This document shows positions 1 through 12,687 of a DNA stretch of 64,000 nt, in pieces. A model generated the notes under the pieces. That model worked only from the letters and a program-made list of their open reading frames with translations. It searched no databases and was not told the origin of the DNA. A program made the translations under genes and the position numbers. Origin of the DNA: Paramecium tetraurelia (lineage: Eukaryota); the NCBI GenBank assembly GCA_000165425.1, contig CT868574.1, positions 186,001 through 250,000 of the forward strand. Reading direction: 5' to 3'. Numbering within the stretch: the first letter of the stretch is position 1; every line of letters begins with the position of its first letter.

Positions 1-1546
1 TCGAACAATCAAGATTTTTGATATTTTGAATTAGGATTTATTGGATATGATTAAGCTTCCATTCCAACCATACGGGTGTGAGTTTGTGGATACAGCGGAT
101 GTACAATAATAGTTATTATTAATCAGTGATGGTAATAGTGGAGATATTTATGTTACTGAAAGTGGTAAAATATTGAGAATGGTAAAAATACATAATCAAC
201 CTGTTAAACAATTGAAGTATTTGTCTAATTTTCAATTCATGTTAACTATCGATACAACTGGTAGAATGGAAGTCTGGGATCCCATTACTTAGGACTTTCC
301 AAAATAAGCATATGCAAAACCCCAATTCAAAATTACTTACTCAAGCAAAGTAGGCACTGATTTATACGAATTGATGTAGCATAAATTACAATGTTTTGGA
401 TTGTGTGTGAGTAACAAGCAGAACCTTATTGTATTGTATGTTTCTGACAAGAAATTAAGAGTATTTAATATTTAAACGGGTAAGATAATTCTTGTAATGG
501 ATGAATCAATCGAAGCTATTACAAGTAGATAAAACGACCAAGCAAATTATCCCATTTTACACATTGAATAATAAGATTTTGAAAGAAGACTATTAATTGA
601 GAAAGACATAGATAAACAACCTGAGTAGTTAAAATAAATTACTATGTGCTTTGATGAAACTGATTCAATATTGATATATCCTACTTTTATTGGAATCAAG
701 TTCATCCACATCAAGACAGGGGAACTTGTAAAGCTTTTAGGGAAGATGGAAAGTAGTTCAAGATTCATGAGAGTTGCATTGTATTAAGGACCTGCCATGA
801 AGAATACTTAAAATGAATAGTCTCATAGTTCATTAAACAGAAAAGAAACTGATCCATCTTTGTATATTAGTGCTCATAAATCAAACAAATTTTATGTGTT
901 CTCTCGTAGAATCCCTGAAGATCTGGCAGATAAACCATGGGCAGTAGCTAGAGATGTATTGAATGAACCTTTGAATATGATTCAGCAAAGCATTAGTGTG
1001 ATGTCTGACAATAAAAATAAAGTACATTTTAATTAAATTATTAGACTTTGTCTGGATGTTAAGCCATTATTCAAACAACATTTGGTGAAATCTACATCAA
1101 TCTATTTCCAAATGAAACACCTAAAACAGTTGAAAACTTTATTCAACACTCTAAAAATGGGTATTATGATGGCTTGATCTTCCATCGAGTTTAATAAGGG
1201 TTTATGATCCAAACTGGTTGTCCTAAGGGAAATGGAACAGGAGGAGAGTCCATTTGGGGAGGAGAATTCCAGGATGAATTCCATCCAGAATTAAGACATG
1301 ACAAACCATTCACAGTTAGTATGGCTAATGCAGGTCCAAATACTAATACAAGTTAATTTTTCATAACTGTTTGTCCTACTCCTTGGTTGGATGATAAAGT
1401 ATGAAATTATTTTAATGTCTTAGCATACAATTTTTGGCAGAGTGTATAAAGGAATGAATATTGTAGTTTAGATTAGTGAAGTGGAAACTGATGATTTCGA
1501 TAAACCTCTTAATGATATCAAAATTATAGCAATTAAGATTTTATGA
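1..1546 (+). CDS. PPWD1: WD40-repeat peptidyl-prolyl isomerase (PPWD1/CYP71-like cyclophilin), 5' end outside the window
   Basis: Code-6 translation begins [21 protein letters not shown] (WD region). The cyclophilin core reads [22 protein letters not shown]...[86 protein letters not shown]. Introns at 1022-1044 and 1399-1423; TGA at 1544-1546. Confidence 0.92.
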
Positions 1547-2495
1547 ATGTGATTTATTTACAATAATACAAAATAATAATTTATTTCAAAATTCATTAAA
1601 GAAAATTAAATTATATATTTTAGTTAATAAAAATTAATTATAATTATCAAAATGTTCAATACTATTGGTAAGCGTTGGTTGTATATTTGATATGATTTAG
1701 AAATAATCAGCAAATTCCCTCTCACACAATACTCAGAGACACAATTGAAGTAAGCAGTCTTAAGAGATAATTCTTGTTTCGTTTAGAACTTAGATCATTT
1801 TTTTGGGAGGAAAGAATCTTTTAAAGATTGTAAGATATGCAGTTTTATGCATATGATCAAGTCAATCATTAGATATAATTATAATATGAGAAGGATGACC
1901 TTCATATTTTGTTCATCTATGCAAATTAGTTCTGAGATAAAATTTTTTTTCTCTTTCTGATATCATATGTGATAAGGAGGATTAGGAAGAGGAAACGGAA
2001 TTACAAAAATTATCCTAAATAATAGATTATAAATAATTAATTGAAAATTACTCTTTGGCAACATTTTGGCCTCAACTTTAGATACAACTGAGATTAAAGA
2101 ATCCTTTATATTTGAAAAAGGGAGAGAGATAGAAAAATAAAAAATTCAAGAATTAAAGAGATAGACATATTATTTTAAAAAATAATAATACATTCAATTT
2201 AAATATTTAAAAGTAAACCCAAATTTATAAGAGATTTAGAATCAAATGAAAAATCGAATCTAAAAAGAATAAGTCATTGATTGAGTTTCGATCGAGTTAT
2301 TATAAATATATAAAATTTATTTAATTTACCTAATAATTATAAGAAAAGTATTTAAAAAATGTTAAACAGGAAAGTATAATCAATTTTCATCTTTGAAAAT
2401 TTTCTAAATTATGAAGCTTAAATAGGATCTCAATTTCAACTTAAATTTCATATTGCTTATATAAATTTAATATTTTAATAATATATTTTTTTAAA

Positions 2496-5400
2496 ATGAG
2501 TGCAATGTCTCTAATTTTAGTAATTTATAGAGTATCCGCATATTTCATCATTTTAATGAATGATGACTCTTAAATACTAACTTAGGAGTTTTAAATAAAC
2601 TTAGACAATTTTGAGTTAGATTCTTACTTTGGCTATGGTTTGTGGAGCAGATATGCTCCTTTAGGCAATATTGCTCAAGTAGGAACAATAGGAATATTAG
2701 ATAGTAATTGTTTTCATCTTCACAATGCTGTTTCAAAATCAACCTAAGATCTGAATCTAATTGTTTACGATTGTCTCAACTATGAAACTTTAACTATAGT
2801 AAGAAAAATTCAATTCGTCACCATTGATGAGAACTGGCATAAAATTGAAGTAAAATTAGATAATCAAAATTTCGAATATGTCTGGCATTACTTTCAAATT
2901 ACATAGTGGCCTAAGCAGAAAAGATTTGAATTGTTAATTATCCAATACCCTGAAGTTAAATTATAATAGATTGTAGAAGATACATTATATCCATACAAAG
3001 ACGCTGAGCTAATCTTAACATTTGGAGGAGGTTTATAAATATAATCATAAAATATGATCTAGATTTTAGATGGCATATCAAAAATATCATTTTATCCAGG
3101 CTCTTTCCTTTTATATCCATTATCATTTGATAAATATGAAGTTTCCACAGATACAGCAATATCCACCATTTAGTTTAAAGTTGAATGCTAGTGCTTTTCA
3201 AATTGGCAAACATATTTACAAAATCAAGAGCTAACTTGGCTCGACAATATTTTATTTACTTCTTAAAATCCTAATTGTAATTCTTTTTCATATACAACTT
3301 GGATCAAAATTACAAATGTTCACCAAACCTCATAAGAGTTTTTATATCAAATTATAAAGTTATCTTCTAATTTTGAAAATCCTTAATTGACTGATGATAA
3401 TTTGGCGGCGTTCTAATTATTTTATAAGTTTATGGAAGGTAAAACATAATTGATTTTCACTACTTATAGTTATACCTTTCCTCTTGTATCTCTTAATTTA
3501 TAAAATGATCCCTTTCTAATCAAAAAAGAATTTGATCTTATAAATGATATCAAACTTTGGCATTTTGTTTAAGTGATATTAAAAAATAATTAATTAAACA
3601 TATCAATAATTTTCTATGGAAACTTTATTCATTATGAGTACAAATCTTTATTAACAGTAAATTAATTTCATTTGGTTAAATTTAAATTATAATATGGGAA
3701 TTTACTATAAACTCCTAATAATTATTTAAGTGTTAATTTTGTAGATACATAATTTTACAATTGTTTTGAAAATATCGTAGTACCTGAAGTACATTGTCAT
3801 ATTAGTTGTGAAGACTGCGATGGTCCAACAAGTACAAATTGTTTATCTTGTTCTAAAGCGTCAAATCGTATTTTTAAATCTGAGCAAAAATCTTGTGTCT
3901 GTCCGTATAATACAATTGATGATTAATAATGCAAGGATTTTTAAAGTTATAATGCTGTCCTTGTAAAGGAAAATACAAATGATTAGAAATGTTTATAAGG
4001 ATATTTTTAATTTGAGGAAAAATGCACCAAATGGTAACTTAACTCTTTATTCTAGTCCATCTATCATAAGAAGTACGTCCATAACATGCTTAGAATGTTA
4101 TTTATATCCTCAAACTTGGGCAAATGATGCCTTTTGCTAAACAAATTCATTTAACAATCTTCAAGGGACAGTAACATAGTATTGGTAAAATGTATAATAA
4201 AATTTTATTTATGATGGAAATGACCTTTTACCAAGATACAGTTCTTATTCAGAAGATCTTAATGAATATCTTAATATTGAATTTGAATAATCATTAGCTT
4301 AATTTAGAAACTTTTGTTTTCAAGGCAGCTCTCCTTTTGCTATTTAGAGAGATTAGAATTAATGTTATAATTGTGCTATGAAAAGCTGTTTAAATTGTTA
4401 GATAATTGCATCCAAGGCCATATGCTTGAAATGCGAATTAGTTTCAGAACTTGTAGATGGAATTTGCAATGATAAACACTAACCTGGTTACACAGAGCAA
4501 AAGATTTGCCAAACTCCTTATTATCGAACTTCTACTTATGAATGCAAATTATGCAGCATTGAAAATTGCCAGTATTGTTTTGAGTATTTAAGTAATGATT
4601 TGACTAAGTGTACTCTGTATAAGAATTTTTAACCCTTTGGTTTTGATGATTCTTATCATCTAGGTTGTGCATTATGCAAAGATGGTTTTATTTTTGATTT
4701 CACTTCAGGTATTTGTAAATATCAGTAACCATAAATCATTAATTGTATAAGATCGTATATCAATTTATAAGGATAAGAAATTTGCACTCTATCAACAGAA
4801 GATAATTTCAATGTTGCTCCTGAAATTATTAATTGCAATAGATATATAGCTAATTGTAATTAGTGTTTATAAACTCCATAAAAAGTTATCAAATGTATAC
4901 TGTGTGAAGATGGTTATGCAACTTCTGTAATCACAGGGTAGTGTGATAAATGTAAAATTTAGTATGCTAAAATATGTATTGAAGGAGATTTTTTCCTAAT
5001 GGATGAATGGGTATAATTGATTTAGAGCTTTTTAATGCAATTCTTGCCTGATCAGTATCTTTATCCAAAACCTGAATTAGAATTAATGAGGAAACAATTG
5101 CCATTTGAATGCTACCCAGGTTATAAGCCTGATCATACAGGTTTTTGTATCAAATATTGTGATTCTGATTGTTTGTAGTGTGTATTGAATTAGGATACTC
5201 CAAATAGCTATTAGTGTGTTTAATGTCCTTTAAATTATTATAAGTCGCCAATAATTTCATCGGAATCAGGCAAATGTATGTAGTGTCCATAATTATGCCA
5301 GTTATGTTAATCAAGAACAGAATAAGAAATTAAAGTATAATTGTAATTAATTATAGAATATCAACCCTTATTTTGTTGTGACAGATCAAACAATTAAATA

Positions 5401-8400
5401 TACATATAAATGTCTTGAAAAAGCACCAGATGAAAATATAGTAATTGATCCTTATAACAATATTGCTAAGTATTGCGAAAATTCAATTTGTACAGACAAT
5501 ATTTAATATCAAGTAATCAAAATTTATGATCATAGTTTGATGTTAATTGTGATAATAGTTAGTTTGTTTTCTTACAATGGTTTCCATATGATTATTATGG
5601 CGCATAAATTAAACTGGATTATGTTAATTAATTAGGTGGAATTAGTTTGACGATAATCTTTAATTTTATATTGATATCTGAAACCTTTTGCGAATTTTCA
5701 GAGGACACTATTATAGAAAATTAATTTAAATATAATATCTTTTCCATTTAACAAACAAAACTTAAAATTGTAGGAAATGATCAATCAAATAGAACATTTT
5801 CCAATAGATTGACAATATAAAATTTTGACACTGTTTAAATCATAAACATGACTATTTTTATATCAACAGATCGATTTATAGATACATATATATCTTTCGA
5901 AAATCATTAAGATCCAGTTAATTTAATAATAAATAATACAATGTTTTATGGAATTATAGATTAAATTGCAAAATATGAGTTGAAATTGATAAAAAGTGGC
6001 GATTGTATTTTTGACAATGTTACTTTTATAAATTTAAATCTAAATAATTCCATATTATTTCAACATCCTAAGGGAAATTCTAAGAATTTAATTTAAATTT
6101 ATAATTTCATCCTCATAAATAGTGTAATTTAGAATTCAGTATTATTTTAATTTGTTGATTCTTAACAGGATATAAAATTCAAAAGTATATAAATTATTGA
6201 TTGCAAATTTTATAATTCCACAATGTTCAATTTTTATTCTAATACAGAAGATTAAATTAATATCTATTTTGATGAAATTACTATTATAAATAATTAAATG
6301 AATTTTACAACATTTGCATAAAATACCAATCAATCAACGCTTTCGTTTAAGAACATCGAGTTTTTTTTAAATAAGGTATATTAATCAAAAGTTTTAGTTT
6401 TAACAAGCAATTTATCAATCTCAAATACTTAATTCGGCTTTAATTAGTTTATTGATTCATAATATTTATTCTATCGTTCCTAATAAAGAAAATTAAAGGC
6501 TGTTTAAATTCAAACTTTAATTGTATTTAATAATGAATTTACAAATTCATCCATGATTAATTTGCAATCAATTGATGCTACCGATAATATATAAGTTACG
6601 ATGAGTGACATCTAATTATATGATAACATCAGAAATTTGAATTCTGAATAATTATATCTATTTATTTTGACTTGTTCATAAATACTGATTTAAGATTGTG
6701 CTATAAAAACCTCAAAAAATATGCAGCATTTTAAATTATTTGATACATAATCAATTATGATTGAAAACATGAATTACATAAACGAAGAATAATCTAAATA
6801 AATACCTCTCTCAATTGAATGCTTTAATAGTGAAGAAAAATACTCATAATTACTTTATATTTCAGGGTTTTAGAAACTTGTAATTCATTAAATTATCATT
6901 TAAAATTAATTTAGCATAGATTATTCATTTGTGCACATTATTTCAAACATTTTGTATTAACCTCATGTATAAGAAATAATTGAAATAAAAGATGTTTTAT
7001 TTCAAGGAAATATATTATTAAAATAGCACCTAGGGAGTATTTTTTCCTCATTATTGATATATTCTGAAAAATTATAAGAAATCCGATTAGAAAATATTAT
7101 TTTTGAAGAAAATTTTTTTAATGAATAAATTGATGATCCATCTTAAACTTCAGCCGGATTATTATTCATAAACTCCTTACAAAGTTCTGTATTCATAAGC
7201 AATATAACATGCTTATCAAATGCTTTAACGAACTCTTCAAATTCTTTTATTTTTATCAACTCAATATCTATTTAGATATAGTCTATTATCTACTACATAT
7301 GAGATTTAGAGTAAAGGAGGGGCAATGTCATTAACTTCTTCCAATATCAATATTGCCATTGGTTAATTCACTTATATATCTTCTTAAAGTAGTTCAATCT
7401 TTGATATTAAGACCTAAGGTTTGGGAATTGTTCAGTTAAATTAACTCTAAATTAGTTAATCTGAAGTTGATCTAGTATCAACAACTGAGACATAAGGTTG
7501 TATCAGTATATACTCAAAAGACAGTCAGTTAAATTTATTAATAAGGAATGTAAAATTTTAAAACGTCTTTAATAGATTGAGTTCTTCAATTTTGTCCATC
7601 ATTCCATCGCAAAAGTATAATAAAATTGATATTAATGATGTGATATTAGAAAATTGTCTCTCTTTAAATAATCAATTTATGAAAATTGAGTTTACTTTAT
7701 AAAAGCAGGATCAAAATTTAGTAATAATCTAAAATTTATCTATTTATTAAAATTATTAAGATTGGAAGGAATATTTCAATAAAATTTCTCCAATTAGTAT
7801 AAGTGAAATCAACAAAGTTATTATTGATAATGCTCTTATTAATTTAAATGGATGCTAACTTCTTATAAATAGATTAATATCAGAAGGAATATATATTTCT
7901 CCTATTTTAAAAATTGTAGATTCTTAAATTACACAAATTAAAAATTGCAAAATAAATTCTATTTAAACCTTTTATTCATTTAGTATTTTTTATTTTGGCT
8001 AAATAAAAAATATAAAAACTTCTTTATTTCTAGAGAATATTTTAATTAAAAACGTTACAATACTGTAATTAAGTGATGAGAATATAACCTAATTCGAAGA
8101 TTTTCAAATTAAATTTGATGTGGATAAATGTTCCATTTAAAGAAGTGATTCAATAAATTAAATCTTATAATCTGAATCTTTTTGGTCAATTTTGTAATAT
8201 TTAAATTACAATATAACTTCATAAGGGTCTTTATTTTTTATATAGAGTATCTCAAACGAAAATTCAATAATTCTTAGATCCTTATCTTTAATTAAAAACA
8301 ATTATTCAAGAAATCTTAATGGATTAATTTATTTTGATCTTTACGGATTCTAAGATTTGAAAATCATTGAGGTTCATTGTATTTAAAATAACATAGATTA

Positions 8401-11110
8401 ATTTGGATGTCTCAACCTTATAGCAAATAAAAACTTAGAAAAAAAAATTTAGTTATCGAATTCCAAATTTATACTCAATAAAGGCATATACGGCTCTGCC
8501 ATCTTTGCAAAATAAGTGATAATCCACATTAAACACTGTTAATTCCTTTAAAATATTGCAGGATAACAAGGTGGAGCAATCTATTTTGAGAATTGCAGCA
8601 ACAATTTTAGAATTATAAATTCCTTAATAATAGAGAATTAAGCTAAAGAAGGAGGTGGAATATATTTTAATGGAGTAAATCAAATCAATTAAAATAATAT
8701 GAACAATTCGTTAATTAAATTAAATTCAGCTGAGAAATTTGCAGATAACATTGTAGAACAGCCACATCACTTAGTCTTAATAATAAATTCTTATGAAATG
8801 CATTCTACCCAAGAACTAAGTGGAAATCTAACAACAAATACTCTTATATTAATATTCATATTCAACTATAGAGTAAGGCAAGTTATTGAAAACTAACTAG
8901 CTTTATTTACCTAGTAATCAACAAATACTTAACTTTAAAATATTCAATTAGAATTAGTAAGGATTTTTGTCATATTTTTATGATTTTTCATTGGAGTTTT
9001 AAAACAGTATAAAAGAAAAGATAACTAATTTTTATAACTTTACTTGTAACTTATAAATGATGTCATAAACATAAAGTAATAAATAATTATCGGATCCCTA
9101 CCCCATTTAAGTATTGCCTTATGATTTAACCAAAAATTCTTATGATTTACAGTAATTATCTTTTTCTTTTGATCCTTATTAGAACACTGATAAACTTCTT
9201 TTAGTTGAAATAAATTGTTCAACTTAATTAAATGTACTAAAATACATTTTTACAGCAAAAACCTTCAAATGTTAATTAGGAGAATTTTATGTTAATAATG
9301 GATGTTAAGTATGTCAATCAATTCAAGGCTTTTATTCAGTCACTTACAACGCTACTAAATGTTCAATTTTTGATAAGACCAAATTTTAAAATATCACCTC
9401 AAATAAAATTTAATTATTGGAAGGGTTTTGGAGACCAAACATTTTGTCAGACCAAACTGAATAATGCGTTTAATGTAAAAATTGCTGTTTAGGTGGTTGG
9501 AGAGTAGGAAACAACCTTTGTGCAATAGGCCACATAGGTGGTCTATGTGAGGAATGTGACAATTACAATATTCAAGGAAATGGACCCTATTTTAGAATTT
9601 TGTAGAGTACATCATGTTCGCAATGCTTTTATTTTTTATCTGGTTTACTACCTTTTCTTCTGTCCTCAGTATGGTATTTGCTTTAATTATACTAGGGGTA
9701 TTTTGCAGATATTATTGACATTAAGAAGCATAGATAGGACAAATCAATTATTTTCATCATTGAAATTAAAGTAAAAATTTGGAAAGATACTCTTTAAACT
9801 CAATTAAGGTAATAATAACATAATTTTAGATCATGAAAGCATTCTAATTAAAATGTTACTTAACTATCTATGGATCTTTTCCATTATTTTTTCTTTTAAT
9901 ATTACTTTCTCATTTTCTTTTGATTTCGTTGATCAAACTTGTAATACATCATTTTTTATGGCAAACAGTTTAGATTGTTATCTAATACAAATATATAACA
10001 CTGAAGTTAATTATTCAAGAATTATAACTTAATTTATTCTAATATTTATTCAGTTACTAATAATTTTTGCAGGTTTCTAAGTTCACTCTATAGCAACTAA
10101 AACTAAATTTGATAAAAGTATTCTATCAAATACTGCTCTATATCTTTACCTTTCAAATTTTGCAGCCATAGTTAAACAGTAATTTTATGTTGAAATTTTA
10201 GATTCTTTTCGTTATTATCAAAAAGGACAATTTCAGATATTGAGTATATTCAAGGAAATGTATCTCTTGAATTTAATACCTAATCACATTATCTGTGGAT
10301 ATACTTTTTTATTTTGCCAGGATTATCTTTTATAGGATGTTTTATACCATTTATTTTGTTTTTTGTTAATGTTTTTAATGAGAAAAAAGCTTGATATAAT
10401 TAAAATTAGAAGACATATTTGTTATATGTTTAATGAATATAATGACGAAAGTTTCTTTTGGGAATTTGTGAAAATTTGGAAAAAAACTTTATTAATCGGT
10501 ATACTTACCTATTTTGAATCCAACGTCTTTTTAAAGGCTACACTTATTGGCTTGTGTTTGCTTTTTTATTAATTATTGGCTTTCAAAATTAAACCATATA
10601 TTATTAAAAGTTTAAACTTACTTGATATTTCTACTGATCAAATTTGTTCAATCACTATATTTTTGGCGGCAGTTAAATATGTTAGTGAATAGTAAGAGAA
10701 TTAAGCCTAACAAGTTTTACTTTAAGTCCTTATATCAATTCTATGTATTAAACTTTGCTACCCTTTTATATATGATATTTTTAGGGTTTATTATAAAAAA
10801 TATAAGATAATATATCTTAATTACTTAATAACGATAATGAAATTTATTAGCCCAAATTCATATTTGTATAATTATTTAAATTAGTAATTGGTAGAATGGA
10901 AAGATAAAGAAGTATAGTTAAAAAAAAATTTCTTAAAACTCAAGTAATATTTATTTAATGCATCAAAAGTTTAAGCTGAATAAAAGTAAATATCTTATTA
11001 ATTCAAATAGGAATTTTTAGTCTATCCTGAGTCCATCAATAACTATAAGGAATAGATTAGTCAGCAAAGAAAATGAAACTAAAAGGTTCTTAATATAAGA
11101 GAAAGAGTGA
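2496..11110 (+). pseudogene. Giant Cys-rich (furin/IGFBP-like repeats), beta-helix-like, C-terminally multipass membrane protein of an expanded ciliate family; carries two frameshifts
   Basis: Hydrophobic N-terminus (MSAMSLILVIYRVSAYFIIL); CHYSCEDCDGPTSTNCLSC repeats; GGAIYF/GGGIYF motifs; CAIGHIGGLCEECD, then several TM helices (FFWEFVKIWKKTLLIGIL). Introns near 4034, 5335, 5513, 9809, 10179 and 10986; TGA at 11108-11110. The frame breaks near 7285-7302 and near 8850-8870. Confidence 0.75.
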
Positions 11111-11530
11111 ATGGAAATTATTAATTTTAAAATTTAAATGATATACAATATTATATTTATCCTAATTTAATAAACTTTGAGATTTATTAATTATATAAAT
11201 AATGTGTGTGAAAAGGACATTTTTGTTCTTAAATTTCCTTTAGCTAATTTGTATATAATTTATTATAACGCTTCATTGTAAACCTTATATATGGTTATAA
11301 CTTTGAATTTATTATAGCTAAAATTATTGGATAATAGTTAAGCTTATAAATATTAACTCCATTCTATTATTTATATATAGTTCAAGGTATTTAACTACAC
11401 AAGAACCTTTATAAATATTGACAGAGAGAATTAAATTATGTACTACGTTGTACTTTTAATGATTATTAAATAAGACAATTATATTACTAACTTATTTATC
11501 AATATAAATAAAAATTAATTATATTATTAA

Positions 11531-12369
11531 ATGGAGGAGTCTCAATATGATTTAGGAGTGTTGGAAGATATTGATCCAAGTTTAGATGGCGGATTTAAAA
11601 TTTAATTTAATAAGGAGATTAATATAGAAACAAGGTTGATTATCTAAAATTTAATGGTTAGAATATAAAATGCTAATACTGGCCCTTAAGAAATAGGAAC
11701 TCTTGAATAGATCTAAGTGAAAATACTTGTTTAGGTAATTTCTTATTGATAACTTTAGGGAGATCAATAAGCATTTGAGAATTTAAAAATTGAATTGACT
11801 AGCGAAACAGATCTATTTTTTAATTACATATCTATGTATTTTTACTCTTGTAAATTAGTATTGACAAAGAAAACTTTAAAAAAATAAAAGAAGAATAGAA
11901 ACTTACAATAGAGTACCCTTAATTCTTACAAATGTTAATTAAACTATTAAGTTCAAGTCATAAGGAACCTAATCAGTATAAATAAATAAAAACAGATTAG
12001 CTTCTTTTGTGTATTTTTTATGCAATAGGATGGGGCTGCTAAATTAGATTTTATAGAAAATTTAGAATATAAATTTATGGAAATGTTATCACTGAAATTC
12101 AGCAGTGCAACTGAAGAGACTATGAGATAAAATATATCATTTAGATATAATTTTATTAAAGCTAAGCTTCAGTTTGTCCAAAACAGGTATCCTTATTAAG
12201 AATTTTTAGATTAAATGATATAACCTCTCTAATAAAATTAAAGAATCCTTCACTTCTAGCTCAACTAAATAAAGTGTCAATTAGTTCGAATCAAAGTTAA
12301 AGTAATCAAAACGTAAGTAAATACATGGGATAATCTAGAAAAAATAATAACTCATCTAAATTTATATGA
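11531..12369 (+). CDS. SAS6L: SAS-6-like protein (SAS6L): SAS-6 head domain with only a short tail
   Basis: MEESQYDLGVLEDIDPSLDGG...GPQEIGTLEQIQVKILV...KIELTSETDLFFNY...EQKLTIEYPQF...FFMQQDGAAKLDFIENLEYKFMEMLSLKF...RYNFIKAKLQFVQNRLNDITSLIKLKNPSLLAQL. About five tiny introns; TGA at 12367-12369. Confidence 0.85.
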
Positions 12370-12687
12370 TCCTTTAATATATTTTGTAAATTTTAGAATA
12401 TCAAATTGTCTAATATCTATTTACTTTATAAGCATTATTTTAATAATTCTTTTAAACGAACATAAAAACCTTTTATATTGTTATTCTGCTTTATTTGATA
12501 TTAATCTTAAAAATTAAACGTTATATGTTATATTAATTGTAGATTAATTTTATTCTTAGGTAAACTAATAAAATTATCATGTTGCATTTCTAAACACCAA
12601 AAGAATTTAAAATATTTTAATGAATAAAATTTATAAGCTAACAATTCTAGGAATTGCTTCTAAGTTATAAAAAATCGTAATTATAAA

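Noticed and set aside
1650..2190. Possible minus-strand gene between PPWD1 and the Cys-rich gene
   Set aside because: It looks coding-like and has one intron-like segment, but every frame I tried hits TGA and no motif is recognisable. At most a decayed remnant.
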